A stretch of 64,000 nt of DNA from Gemmatimonadota bacterium (GTDB taxonomy: Bacteria > Gemmatimonadota > Gemmatimonadetes > Longimicrobiales > Gaopeijiaceae): assembly GCA_022826025.1 (NCBI GenBank), contig JAJDVR010000096.1, forward strand, positions 1,840-65,839, written 5' to 3'. The translations under genes and the position numbers were made by a program. Every line of letters begins with the position of its first letter. The first letter of the stretch is position 1. The notes below the pieces were generated by a model. That model saw only the letters and a program-made list of their open reading frames with translations, did not search any database and was not told the DNA's origin. Positions 18,911-28,090 of the stretch are shown piece after piece.

Positions 18911-20218
18911 ATGTTCGATCATCCACGACATGGCTCAATCCACGGCATCGCCGCTCTCCTGCTTGTCCTGACGCTCGCCGGCTGCGCTCCCGCGGGGGCA
19001 CCCTCCGAAGAGCGTACGGTCGCCTTCACCGGCATGCGCCTCATCGACGGCCTCGGGGGTGACCCGGTCGAGGACGCGGCGATGGTGGTTCGGGACGGGC
19101 GCATCGAGGCGGTAGGCCCGTCGGCCGGCGTAGAGATCCCGGAGGGCGCCGAACAGGTCGACCTGGGCGGCCGGCACGTGGTGCCCGGACTCATCAACAC
19201 GCACGGTCACGTGGGCCGCACGGCCGGCGGGCTGGAGGGAGACGCCGCCGACGAGGCCATCCGCAATGAGCTGGGACTGTACGCGGCCTACGGCGTCACC
19301 ACGGTGAACAGCCTGGGCGGGGGCACGGAGCCCAGCATGCGCGTGCGGGACGCCCACAACGGCGACTCCGGCCTCACGCACGCGCGCCTGCTCATCGCGG
19401 GGCCGGTCCTCACCGGATCGACCGCCGACGAGGTGCGCGCCGAGGTCGCCGACAATGCGCGCCTCGACCCGGACTGGCTCAAGCTGCGGGTGGACGACAA
19501 TCTGGGCACGTCCACGAAGATGCCTCCCGAGGCATACCGTGCGGCCATCGACGCGGCCCACGAGATGGGCGTCGGCCTGGCGGCCCACCTCTTCTATCTG
19601 GACGACGCCAAGGACCTGTTGCGCTCGGGCGCGGACTTCCTCGCCCACAGCGTGCGCGACGTGGCCATCGACCAGGAATTCATCGACCTCATCGCCGAGA
19701 CCGGCGTCTGCTACTGCCCCACCCTCACCCGCGAGGTGTCCACCTTCATCTACCGCGAGCAGCCCGACTTCTTCTTCGACGACTTCTTCACGCGCCACGC
19801 CAACGCCGAGGAGGTGGCCGGGCTGAATCAGGAGGACCGCCGCCGGTCGTTCCTCGAGAGCCGCTCGGCGGCGCTCTACGAGGAGGCGCTGGAGGTCGCG
19901 CTGGACAACCTGAAGGCAGCCGCGGACGCGGGGGTTACGCTGTCCTTCGGAACCGACACCGGTCCCGTCGGGCGCTTCCAGGGCTTCTTCGAGCACATGG
20001 AGATGGAGATCATGGCCAACGCCGGCCTCACGCCCGCCCAGATCCTGGCCACCGCCACCCGCGACGCCGCCGCCTGCCTGGAACTCGACGACGTGGGCAC
20101 CCTCGAGGCCGGGAAGTGGGCTGACTTCATCGTCGTCGCGGAGGATCCTCTCGCCGACATCATGAACATGCGTTCCATCGAATCGGTCTGGATCGCGGGA
20201 AACCAGGTGGAGCGGTAG
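18911..20218 (+). CDS. amidohydrolase-family metallohydrolase (lipoprotein)
   Basis: Lipobox LVLTLAGC. The HxH motif GLINTHGHVG and a C-terminal FGTDTG are typical of the amidohydrolase superfamily. Confidence 0.8.
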   Translation: MFDHPRHGSIHGIAALLLVLTLAGCAPAGAPSEERTVAFTGMRLIDGLGGDPVEDAAMVVRDGRIEAVGPSAGVEIPEGAEQVDLGGRHVVPGLINTHGHVGRTAGGLEGDAADEAIRNELGLYAAYGVTTVNSLGGGTEPSMRVRDAHNGDSGLTHARLLIAGPVLTGSTADEVRAEVADNARLDPDWLKLRVDDNLGTSTKMPPEAYRAAIDAAHEMGVGLAAHLFYLDDAKDLLRSGADFLAHSVRDVAIDQEFIDLIAETGVCYCPTLTREVSTFIYREQPDFFFDDFFTRHANAEEVAGLNQEDRRRSFLESRSAALYEEALEVALDNLKAAADAGVTLSFGTDTGPVGRFQGFFEHMEMEIMANAGLTPAQILATATRDAAACLELDDVGTLEAGKWADFIVVAEDPLADIMNMRSIESVWIAGNQVER

Positions 20219-20248
20219 CTGACGAATCCAGCTTCGCGGCTCGCAGTC

Positions 20249-21349
20249 GTGCCGGTGAGGAGCCGCGCCGACCTTCGCCGCTTCATCAACCTGCCGTGGT
20301 CGATCTATCGCGATGACCCCGACTGGGTGCCGCCCCTGAAGCGGGACGTCCGCGCCGCCTTCGACCCGGCGAAACACCCCTTCCATCTGCACTCCGAGGT
20401 TCAGCCGTGGCTCGCGCTCCGCGGCGGCAAGGTGGTGGGGCGCATCTGCGCGATCCGCAACCGGAACCACGAACGGCTGCACCGGGAGGCGGTCGGCTTC
20501 TTCGGCTGGTTCGAGTGCATCGACGATCCGGAGGTGGCGGAGGGGCTGTTCGAGGCGGTTCGGGGGTGGCTTCGGGATCGCGGTCTCACGGCCATGCGCG
20601 GCCCGACCAGCTTTTCCACCAACGAGACCACCGGCCTCCTCATCGAGGGAGACAGGGGACCGCCGGCGCTTCTTCTGGCCCACAACCCGCCCTGGTACCC
20701 GGCCCTGCTGGAAGGCTGCGGGCTCCGCAAGGTCAAGGACCTCTACGCCTGGCACCTCGTGGCGGGGGACTGGCCCGAATACCTGTTTCGCGCCGAGAGG
20801 ATCGTGACGCACCGCTACGGCATCCGCATCCGCACACTGGAAATGTCGAGGTTCGACGAGGAACTCGCCCGCGTTCGGCGACTCTACAATTCCGCCTGGA
20901 GGAAGAACTGGGGATTTGTTCCCATGACGGACGCCGAGATCGACCACATCGCCGCCGAGTTGAAGCCGATCATCGATCCGAGCCTGGTCCTGTTCGCGGA
21001 AACGCCGGCAGGGGACGCGATCGGCCTCGCGCTCGCCTTTCCGGATTTCAACCAGGTTCTGCACAAGCTCAACGGCCGGCTCACGCCGCTCGGAGTGATC
21101 AGGCTGCTGGTGCACAGGCGAAGGATCACCCGCCTGCGCGTCCTCATCCTGGGGCTCCTCGAGCAGTGGCGGGGCAAGGGCATCGACGCGCTCCTCTACC
21201 TCGCGCTGTTCCGAAACGCCAGCGCAGCCGGGATGAGAGAGGCGGACATGTCCTGGATCCTCGAGGGCAACCACCGAATGAACGCCGCGATAGAGCGCAT
21301 GGGGGGCAGGATCTACCGTACCTACCGCCTCTACGATGCTCCGCTGTAG
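20249..21349 (+). CDS. GNAT-fold N-acetyltransferase-like protein
   Basis: GTG start. Conserved-looking N-terminus RFINLPWSIYRDDPDWVPPLKRD. C-terminal QWRGKGIDALLY resembles an acyl-CoA binding motif. The family assignment is tentative. Confidence 0.55.
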   Translation: MPVRSRADLRRFINLPWSIYRDDPDWVPPLKRDVRAAFDPAKHPFHLHSEVQPWLALRGGKVVGRICAIRNRNHERLHREAVGFFGWFECIDDPEVAEGLFEAVRGWLRDRGLTAMRGPTSFSTNETTGLLIEGDRGPPALLLAHNPPWYPALLEGCGLRKVKDLYAWHLVAGDWPEYLFRAERIVTHRYGIRIRTLEMSRFDEELARVRRLYNSAWRKNWGFVPMTDAEIDHIAAELKPIIDPSLVLFAETPAGDAIGLALAFPDFNQVLHKLNGRLTPLGVIRLLVHRRRITRLRVLILGLLEQWRGKGIDALLYLALFRNASAAGMREADMSWILEGNHRMNAAIERMGGRIYRTYRLYDAPL

Positions 21350-21447
21350 CTGCAACCGCGAGCTGAGCGATGGCGAAGTGGCGACCATCGAATCCGCCAT
21401 CCAGCGCGCCTTCGCCGCAGATCCGCACGAACCGGGCATCCCCACCG

Positions 21448-21476
21448 TTGACCCCCTTCACGCCCCCGGCTAAAAT
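21448..21476 (+). promoter_or_regulatory. sigma70-type promoter for the riboswitch transcript
   Basis: TTGACC (21448-21453), a 17-nt spacer, then TAAAAT (21471-21476), immediately upstream of the riboswitch core. Confidence 0.5.
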
Positions 21477-21483
21477 CCCGCTG

Positions 21484-21655
21484 TAGCAGAGGCCGGAGGG
21501 GCCCACGGAAGCCGGTGCGAATCCGGCGCGGCCCCGCCACTGTGATGAGGTCCGGGTTTTTCCCGGAAACTCCGGCTCGAATGTGCCACCGGGTTCCCAG
21601 GCGAGCCCGGGAAGGCGAGCCCGGAGACCTCAAGCCAGGAGACGAGCCCGTCCGG
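21484..21655 (+). promoter_or_regulatory. cobalamin (B12) riboswitch
   Basis: Conserved core GGAAGCCGGTGCGAATCCGGCGCGGCCCCGCCACTGT, then GGGAAGGC, and a B12-box-like AAGCCAGGAGAC (about 21632-21643). A downstream CUCCUC (about 21725) could pair with the AGGAGGA SD at 21759-21765. Confidence 0.8.
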
Positions 21656-21771
21656 CGCCCTCTTTCACCACCTCCGCGGGGAGGTGAGGGGCGCCTTCCA
21701 AACCGCGATCGCGTTGGTCGGCATCTCCTCTTTCTTCCGCGCGGCAGAAAACAGCAACAGGAGGAATCGAG

Positions 21772-22377
21772 ATGAAACCGCGGATTTCCGTGATTGTGGC
21801 GGTGGTCGCCGTGGCCGTCTGCGTGCGGCTGGCGCCGTACCTGCTGGCGCAGTTCGGAATGTCGATCGATCCGGACCGGACCACCTATCCGTGGAACTTC
21901 TCGCCCATGCTGCCGCTCTGCCTGTTCGGGGGAGCGTTCTTCGCGCGCGCGAGGACCGCGTACCTCCTCCCGTTCGCCGTATGGCTGCTGGGCGATCTGG
22001 GGATCCTGGGGCTGACCGGCCGGGTCGACTGGGCGTTCTATCCCAACCAGCCGCTGGTGTACCTGTCGCTCGCGCTGGTGGCGACCACGGGATTCGCCCT
22101 GCGCGGTGAGACGTCGTGGACGCGGGTGGCGGGCGCGGGGCTGGCGTCGTCGGTCGGGTTCTTCGTGATCACCAACTTCGGCGTGTGGGCCTTCGGCGAT
22201 GGTCTGCTGTACCCGAGGACGCTCTCCGGTCTGGTGGACTGCTACGTGCGCGCGATTCCCTTCTTCCGCAACACGCTGGTCAGCATGGCGGTCTTCCTGC
22301 CGCTCCTGTTCAGCCGCGCCGCCCTGATGAATCCGGCGCCCATCCCGCTCCACCGGCTCGCGTCCAGCCGCACGTAG
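21772..22377 (+). CDS. DUF6580-like integral membrane protein (putative B12-related transporter)
   Basis: 201-aa polytopic membrane protein (RLAPYLL..PWNFSPMLPLCLFGGAFF.., ..FVITNFGVW..). It is the first gene after the cobalamin riboswitch, with a strong SD AGGAGGA. Confidence 0.7.
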   Translation: MKPRISVIVAVVAVAVCVRLAPYLLAQFGMSIDPDRTTYPWNFSPMLPLCLFGGAFFARARTAYLLPFAVWLLGDLGILGLTGRVDWAFYPNQPLVYLSLALVATTGFALRGETSWTRVAGAGLASSVGFFVITNFGVWAFGDGLLYPRTLSGLVDCYVRAIPFFRNTLVSMAVFLPLLFSRAALMNPAPIPLHRLASSRT

Positions 22378-22423
22378 CGGCTCGTCAACGCGGATTCGTC
22401 GACGACCGGCGAAGGACGTCGGA

Positions 22424-23362
22424 ATGCCCCACCGCATCGTCTCGCTCATCGCGAGCGCGACCGAGATCGTGTGCGCGCTGGGCTTCGAGCGCGAGCTGGT
22501 CGGCCGGTCGCACGAATGCGACCATCCGCCCGGCGTAGCCCGGCTGCCCACCTGCTCCAGTTCGAAGGTGAAGGTGGCGGCCTCCAGCCTGGCCATCGAC
22601 GACCAGGTGCGGGCGATCGTCCGCGACGGCCTGTCCGTGTACAGCGTCGACCCGGTCCTGCTCGACGGCCTGGCCCCGACCGTCATCGTGACCCAGACCC
22701 AGTGCGAGGTGTGCGCGGTGAGCCTCCGCGACCTGGAGCGCGCGGTATGCGACCTGGTGCGCTCGCAGCCGGCGATCGTGTCACTCGAACCAATGGCGCT
22801 CGACGACGTGTGGAGCGACATCCGGGCGGTCGCGGGGGCGCTCGGGGAGACGGCGCGCGGCGACGAACTGGTGGGGCGGCTGACGGGGCGGCTCGAGGTG
22901 CTCCGCGCCGCCACGCGCACGCTGCGGCCGCGGCCCTCCATCGCCTGCATCGAGTGGATCGACCCGCTGATGATGGCGGGCAACTGGGTGCCGGAACTGG
23001 TGGAGTGCGCCGGCGGAACGGATCCGTTCGGGGAGGCCGGGCAGCACTCCGGCTATATGAACATCGCTGAACTCGTGGCCGCCGATCCCGACGTGATCGC
23101 GGTCATGCCCTGCGGGTTCGACATCGAGCGCGCCGAGCGGGAGATGGCGGCCCTCGCCGCCCGTCCGGAATGGCGGCGGCTGTCCGCCGTGCGCGCCGGG
23201 CGCGTGGTGATCACGGACGGCAATCAGTACTTCAACCGCCCGGGGCCTCGCGTTGTGGAGTCGGCAGAGATCCTCGCCGAGTGCCTGCATCCCAGGCGCT
23301 TCGCCTTCGGGCACTGCGGGAGCGCATGGAAGAGTTGGGAGCCGGGTGAGTTCGACGAGTGA
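22424..23362 (+). CDS. BtuF-like cobalamin-binding protein without a signal peptide
   Basis: Starts directly with MPHRIVSLIASATEIVCALGFERELVGRSHECDHP, the type-III periplasmic-binding-protein fold signature. No hydrophobic leader. Second gene of the riboswitch unit. Confidence 0.75.
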   Translation: MPHRIVSLIASATEIVCALGFERELVGRSHECDHPPGVARLPTCSSSKVKVAASSLAIDDQVRAIVRDGLSVYSVDPVLLDGLAPTVIVTQTQCEVCAVSLRDLERAVCDLVRSQPAIVSLEPMALDDVWSDIRAVAGALGETARGDELVGRLTGRLEVLRAATRTLRPRPSIACIEWIDPLMMAGNWVPELVECAGGTDPFGEAGQHSGYMNIAELVAADPDVIAVMPCGFDIERAEREMAALAARPEWRRLSAVRAGRVVITDGNQYFNRPGPRVVESAEILAECLHPRRFAFGHCGSAWKSWEPGEFDE

Positions 23363-23404
23363 GGAGCAGGCGGCCTCTTCATCGCGGCGCACCCTCTGTG
23401 GTGT

Positions 23405-23454
23405 GTTGCATTTTCGAAAAAGCAACGTTTTGTTGCATTTGTGAATATGCAACA
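23405..23454. repeat. two adjacent AT-rich palindromes sharing the GTTGCA half-site
   Basis: GTTGCATTTTCGAAAAAGCAAC (23405-23426, near-perfect 22-bp palindrome) and TGTTGCAT-N8-ATGCAACA (23431-23454). About 38% GC over 23401-23460. Located between convergent gene ends. Confidence 0.7.
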
Positions 23455-23481
23455 CTCTGGCGAGGGGCCCGTGAACCGCTG

Positions 23482-24342
23482 TTAGCCGCGCGTCCACTCC
23501 ACGCTGCGCTCCCACAGCTCGCACGCCAGCGCCGCATCGCGCGCCTGCGCGCTTGGAGTCTTCTCCTGCCGGACGTGGAAGTATCGGCCGGTCACGTCGT
23601 CCCGGGAAGGGTCATCGACGAGGTTCATCACGGCCTTGCCGCCCACGTCCGGACTCGACATTAGCCAGGTGAAGGGAAGCAGCAGCAGGCGCGGGGCCAG
23701 CGATGTCTTCTTCCAGATCTCGGTAGCCAGCACGCCGGGATGCACCGCGTTGGCGGTGATTCCCCGGGAGCCCCAGCGCCGAGCCGTCTCGCAGGTGAAC
23801 AGGACGTTGGCCAGCTTCGAGTCCGCGTAGGCCTGCAGGGCTCCCTCCCAGGCGCGGCCGCGGGCGATGTCCTCGAGCCCCGCCCGGCGCAGATCACCGC
23901 TCTGGTGCCCCCGCGAACTCACGTTGACGATGCGTCCCCGTCCGGCCTCAAGCCGATCGCGCAGGAGACGGGTGAGCAGGAAGTGTCCGAGGTGGTTGGT
24001 GGCGAAGGTGAGTTCGAATCCTTCCGGCGTTTGCACGCACCGCGGCCGCGTGACGCCGGCGTTGTTCACCAGGATATCGATCGCCGGAAGACGGGCATCG
24101 AGCCGCGCAGCCACCTCCCGGACGTCCTCCTGACGGGAGAGGTCGGCGAGTTCGAGTTCGACCCTGGGCCTGTCCGCCCTGCTCTGCCGCAGCTCCGCCA
24201 GCGCGCGCTCGCCGCGCTCGCGGCTGCGGCACACCATCGTGACGTCGGCGCCCGCGTCAAGGAGCATCCCGGCCGCCGACCGGCCCACCCCCGAGTTGGC
24301 CCCGGTCACGACGCCGACCTGCCCCCTCAGGGAACCGGACAT
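23482..24342 (-). CDS. short-chain dehydrogenase/reductase (SDR)
   Basis: Rossmann motif VVTGANSGVGRS, NNAG, and a YADSK catalytic motif. Confidence 0.85.
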   Translation of the reverse strand: MSGSLRGQVGVVTGANSGVGRSAAGMLLDAGADVTMVCRSRERGERALAELRQSRADRPRVELELADLSRQEDVREVAARLDARLPAIDILVNNAGVTRPRCVQTPEGFELTFATNHLGHFLLTRLLRDRLEAGRGRIVNVSSRGHQSGDLRRAGLEDIARGRAWEGALQAYADSKLANVLFTCETARRWGSRGITANAVHPGVLATEIWKKTSLAPRLLLLPFTWLMSSPDVGGKAVMNLVDDPSRDDVTGRYFHVRQEKTPSAQARDAALACELWERSVEWTRG

Positions 24343-24358
24343 TGCTCTCCCCTGCCCC

Positions 24359-26749
24359 TCAGCTCTGTTCCTGAGCCGCGCTCCGCTCCCGCTCCTCCCC
24401 GAAGTGCTCGGCGAACCAGTCGAACATGCGCTGCCAGTGGTCCACGAAGTCGGCCTCGCTGCTCGCGCGCCCGGCGCCGTGCCCGCCCGCGGTGTAGTGC
24501 ACCCACACCACCTCCTTCCCCAGCCGCCGCAGCGCGTAGTACATCTCGCGCTGGTTGGTGGCCGGCACGTTCCAGTCGCCCTCGCCCGAGAGCATCAGCA
24601 GCGGCGTCTCGATGCGGTCCGCGAACATCACCGCCGAGTGCGCGATGTACTTGTGCGGCTGCTCCCAGAGCGTCGCGCCGATGCGGTCCTGCCCGACCTC
24701 GGCGGCCGCGTAGTTGCGCGTCGTGATCTTCGGCGAGTCGCCCAGGAACGAGATGATGTTCACCTTGCCGGATACGTTGGCCGCGGCAGCGAAGCGATCG
24801 GTCTGTGTGATGAGCAGGTTGGTGGCGTAGCCGCCGTAGCTCTGCCCGTAGACGCCCACCTTCTCCGGGTCGACCAGCCCGCGCTCGATGATCTTGTTGA
24901 TCGCGTTGGGCACCGCCTTGAGCCAGGCCTCGCCGGGGAAACCCTCCTCGAAGCGGACCGAGGGCCGAAACCCGAACCATCCCTGCGCGGTGATCAGGTT
25001 CATGTTCTCGTTGAACCCGTTGTCGAAGTACTCCTCGTAGATCTCCGCCACCATCGGATAGGCGCGCCCCGGCTCATAGTCGGCCGGATAGTAGAGGATG
25101 CCGTAGAGGGTGTTGCCGTCGACATCCAGGTACTCGACGAGTTCGCTCCGCGTCAGCGCGACGTCCTCGAGCCGGGGATTCGTATCGGTCAGCTGCCGGG
25201 GGGACGTTCCGTCTCCGCGGGCCACCCAGATCTCGTTGGGATGGTCCCCGTCCGACATGGCGTAGACGAGCGTGGCCCCATCCTCGGAGACATTCCAGGA
25301 CCGGTAGAGGTTGGCATCCAGCATCAGCGTCTCGATCTCGCCGGTCCCCGTGTCGAGGCGCTTGAGGCCGCGCTGCCAGCGGTCCGGGGCCGAGTAGCTG
25401 AAGTAGAGATACCGCCCGTCTTCTCTCCACCCCTGGACCTGGCGGCGCGGGCGCTGGTCCTCGTCCTCTTCGAGCTCGAGGAGGGTGTGCATGTCGTCGC
25501 TGTCGAGATCGAGGAGGTGCCAGCCATCCTGTGAGGTCAGGAGGAGCCGGTCCCCCGAAGGGCTCCAGCGCTCCACGGCGAAACGGATTCCGTCAGAGTC
25601 GGATTGCTCATCCTCGGAAGCTGCATTGTCGCGGTCTGCGCGGACGCCGGCTTCGTCCCCGGCGCCGGATTCGTCCGCATCGCCCCGATGACCCTCCGTC
25701 ACGTCCACCGCATCGCCCTCGTCCAGCCGCCGCACGAAGACGGAGCCTTCCTCGGCGTAGGCGAAGGCGTCGCGGGCGTCGTTCCAGACGACATCCATGC
25801 GCTCTTCGCCGGTGTCCCGGAGCGAAACCGGATCTCCGCCGGCCGCGAGATCCAGCCGGAAGAGTTCGTACTCGGTGCCGTCCCGGCGCGTGTACGATGT
25901 CTTCGTGCGCGTGGCGGTCGAAAACGTGATATGGGATCCGTCCTCGGAGAAGCCCGGAGCGACGGGGGTCACCTCGGCGAGAACCTCGCGCACCGTGCCG
26001 TCGGCGACCGACACGAGCACGGTCTCCTGCCGGTTGGCGAGGTTCCTCACCCGGTCCCAGGCCAGGAAGTCGTTGCGCGAGTCCTGCACGATCACCGGAG
26101 CGTCCGTGAGGGCGTGGAAGGCCGCGCGCGCCTCCTCCGCCCATCCTGTGGGGCGAAGCCCGAGCAGAACGCGTGCGCCATCCGGCGACCACACCAGCGG
26201 CGAGGAGGACGCGATCTCCCTGTCGGTGCCGAGAGAGACGGTCCTGCTTGCGGCGGTGACCGCGTCGAAGATGCGGAGCCGATACTCACCGTCTTCGACC
26301 ATGAACCAGGCCAGCCGCCCTCCGTCCGGCGACCAGGCATAGCCGCGCATCTGCGCGAGTTCCGCCTGAACCCAGGTCGGGGTTCCGGTCCGTGTGTCGA
26401 TCACCATCAGCCGGGTCGACACAGGGGAGATGTAGGTGGGATCGCCGAAGCGCTGGTGGTCGACATCGGTGCGGTCCCGGCGGGACGTGAGGGTCACGGC
26501 CACACGGGCGCCATCCTCCGTCACCGCCGCGATCCCGGGTGTGCGCACGTCGAGTGCGATCTCGGGGGTGAAAGGCTGTTGGGCGGCGGCGGGAGCGGGG
26601 ACCGCGAAGGTGGCCAGGGCTATCAGTGCGACACCGCAGACTGCGGCGGAAGAGTCGGGCGCCCACTTCCCTTTGCGGGATGCGCGAACGGTCCACGAAG
26701 GAAGGGTGGAAAAGACGCGGCGCGCGCTGACGTGTGGGAGAATACTCAT
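24359..26749 (-). CDS. S9-family serine peptidase (prolyl oligopeptidase/DPP-type) with an N-terminal beta-propeller
   Basis: Signal-like N-terminus. TolB-like propeller repeats (WSPDG x2). Catalytic GxSxG in VYGQSYGGYA, and a C-terminal GEGDWNVP..GGHG. Confidence 0.85.
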   Translation of the reverse strand: MSILPHVSARRVFSTLPSWTVRASRKGKWAPDSSAAVCGVALIALATFAVPAPAAAQQPFTPEIALDVRTPGIAAVTEDGARVAVTLTSRRDRTDVDHQRFGDPTYISPVSTRLMVIDTRTGTPTWVQAELAQMRGYAWSPDGGRLAWFMVEDGEYRLRIFDAVTAASRTVSLGTDREIASSSPLVWSPDGARVLLGLRPTGWAEEARAAFHALTDAPVIVQDSRNDFLAWDRVRNLANRQETVLVSVADGTVREVLAEVTPVAPGFSEDGSHITFSTATRTKTSYTRRDGTEYELFRLDLAAGGDPVSLRDTGEERMDVVWNDARDAFAYAEEGSVFVRRLDEGDAVDVTEGHRGDADESGAGDEAGVRADRDNAASEDEQSDSDGIRFAVERWSPSGDRLLLTSQDGWHLLDLDSDDMHTLLELEEDEDQRPRRQVQGWREDGRYLYFSYSAPDRWQRGLKRLDTGTGEIETLMLDANLYRSWNVSEDGATLVYAMSDGDHPNEIWVARGDGTSPRQLTDTNPRLEDVALTRSELVEYLDVDGNTLYGILYYPADYEPGRAYPMVAEIYEEYFDNGFNENMNLITAQGWFGFRPSVRFEEGFPGEAWLKAVPNAINKIIERGLVDPEKVGVYGQSYGGYATNLLITQTDRFAAAANVSGKVNIISFLGDSPKITTRNYAAAEVGQDRIGATLWEQPHKYIAHSAVMFADRIETPLLMLSGEGDWNVPATNQREMYYALRRLGKEVVWVHYTAGGHGAGRASSEADFVDHWQRMFDWFAEHFGEERERSAAQEQS

Positions 26750-26839
26750 GGTCGGGATCGCTTCCGAGAGATGGGACGGGTTCCGGGGCTGGAACGTACC
26801 TCGCAGTGGCTCAGGAGCGAAAGCAGACAGGGCTGCCGA

Positions 26840-27343
26840 TCACTCCGCCGTGGTTGCGGTCTCCGCGCGGCGGCGAAGCCAGAAGGCCAGGGCCGCACAC
26901 GGGAAAGACGCGACCCACACGAAATACCCGACCTGCAGCGACATGTCGCCCTCACTGACGACCCAGAAGGGCCAGAACGACGCGTTCAGCAACGTCGCTG
27001 CGGCCAGGACGACCACAGGCCAGCGCGCAGCCGGCGACCAGCGTCCATGCAGGGCGCCTCCCACAACCAGCAGGCTGGTGACCGCGCTGATCACGCCGGG
27101 AGGACCTGCGATCCCGCCGAGCGCCCACACGAACGCCTCCCAACCGGCCGCGTCGACATCGAGCAAGGACAACTCGCCACCGGAAGGAGTGGGCATTCGG
27201 ACATGGTTGACCAGAGTCGGCAAGGGGAGCGAAACCGCGAACAGCACCCACCCGGCGACCAGCGGCCGCCGCCAACGCGGCTCGAGCAGGCGTGAAATCG
27301 CGCCCGCCCGCGTTGCGTTATCCGACGATGTCGCGTCCTGCAT
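26840..27343 (-). CDS. hypothetical membrane protein
   Basis: 167-aa ORF with about 4 hydrophobic spans and W/F-rich segments. No recognisable family. Confidence 0.45.
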   Translation of the reverse strand: MQDATSSDNATRAGAISRLLEPRWRRPLVAGWVLFAVSLPLPTLVNHVRMPTPSGGELSLLDVDAAGWEAFVWALGGIAGPPGVISAVTSLLVVGGALHGRWSPAARWPVVVLAAATLLNASFWPFWVVSEGDMSLQVGYFVWVASFPCAALAFWLRRRAETATTAE

Positions 27344-27368
27344 GTCACCCTTCCGATGGCTGGATCGA

Positions 27369-27956
27369 TCAGCCCGGCGGCCCGTCCGGATGCAGTTCGC
27401 ACTCCGGAGGCTGAAGCCGGGTCCACGAGAGCGAGGTGATCTGCCAGTCGCCGGCGTCGCGCATGAGGATGAAGGCGTCGGCGCCGCAGTGGCTAAGGTC
27501 CTCCCCGACGTAGAAGTCGTACGGCGTCCAGACCGTCGCGAGGTCGCCGCTGATGCGCACTTCCGGGTCCCACATGCGCTCGGTCATGCGGGACCCGTCG
27601 GCCTCAAGGCGGTCGACCATACCCTCCAGCGTGGATGTCGAAGCAGACCGTTCTCCCGCGGCCGACCGCTCCACGGAGCGCATCAGGATGTCGGGATGCA
27701 GGATGGAGGTCAGCAACTCGGTGTCCCGTTCGCCGAGGGCGTCGAAGAGCGACTGGACGGTCGCCAGAATCGCCGCGCGGTCGGCATCCGAAGGCATGTG
27801 GTCTGCGGACGCCATGGTCTCGGCCTCGGGCGCGCCCCCGTCGGCGGCCGACATCATGGTCCCGGCCTCGGAGTCCCCGCCCCGTTCCTCTCCGGAGGGG
27901 CCGCAAGCGGCGAGCGCGAAGGTGGTGAGGACGGAAACAGCGGTGTTGCGGATCAC
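27369..27956 (-). CDS. NTF2-like (SnoaL/DUF4440-type) lipoprotein
   Basis: GTG 27956 is preceded by GAGAGGA. Lipobox FALAAC. The C-terminal region (ILATVQSLFDAL..GDLATVWTPYDF..ADAFILMRDAGDWQI) is typical of the NTF2-like fold. Confidence 0.55.
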   Translation of the reverse strand: MIRNTAVSVLTTFALAACGPSGEERGGDSEAGTMMSAADGGAPEAETMASADHMPSDADRAAILATVQSLFDALGERDTELLTSILHPDILMRSVERSAAGERSASTSTLEGMVDRLEADGSRMTERMWDPEVRISGDLATVWTPYDFYVGEDLSHCGADAFILMRDAGDWQITSLSWTRLQPPECELHPDGPPG

Positions 27957-28090
27957 GATATGGTTCCTCTCGGAAGACGTGCGGGGAATTGGCTTCTCGC
28001 AGGGTCGATGCACGGTCCTTCAACGTATTGCCGGCGTGCCCGGCCCGCAGCCCGCGAGGCCGGGGCGGACGACTGACGTCGGCGGCGGGC

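Noticed and set aside
23401-23460. Repeated GTTGCA-containing units considered as a mini CRISPR array or an IS terminal repeat
   Set aside because: There are only two palindromic units. There are no spacers of regular length, no cas or transposase genes, and no flanking direct repeats. It is kept as a palindromic element in the findings instead.
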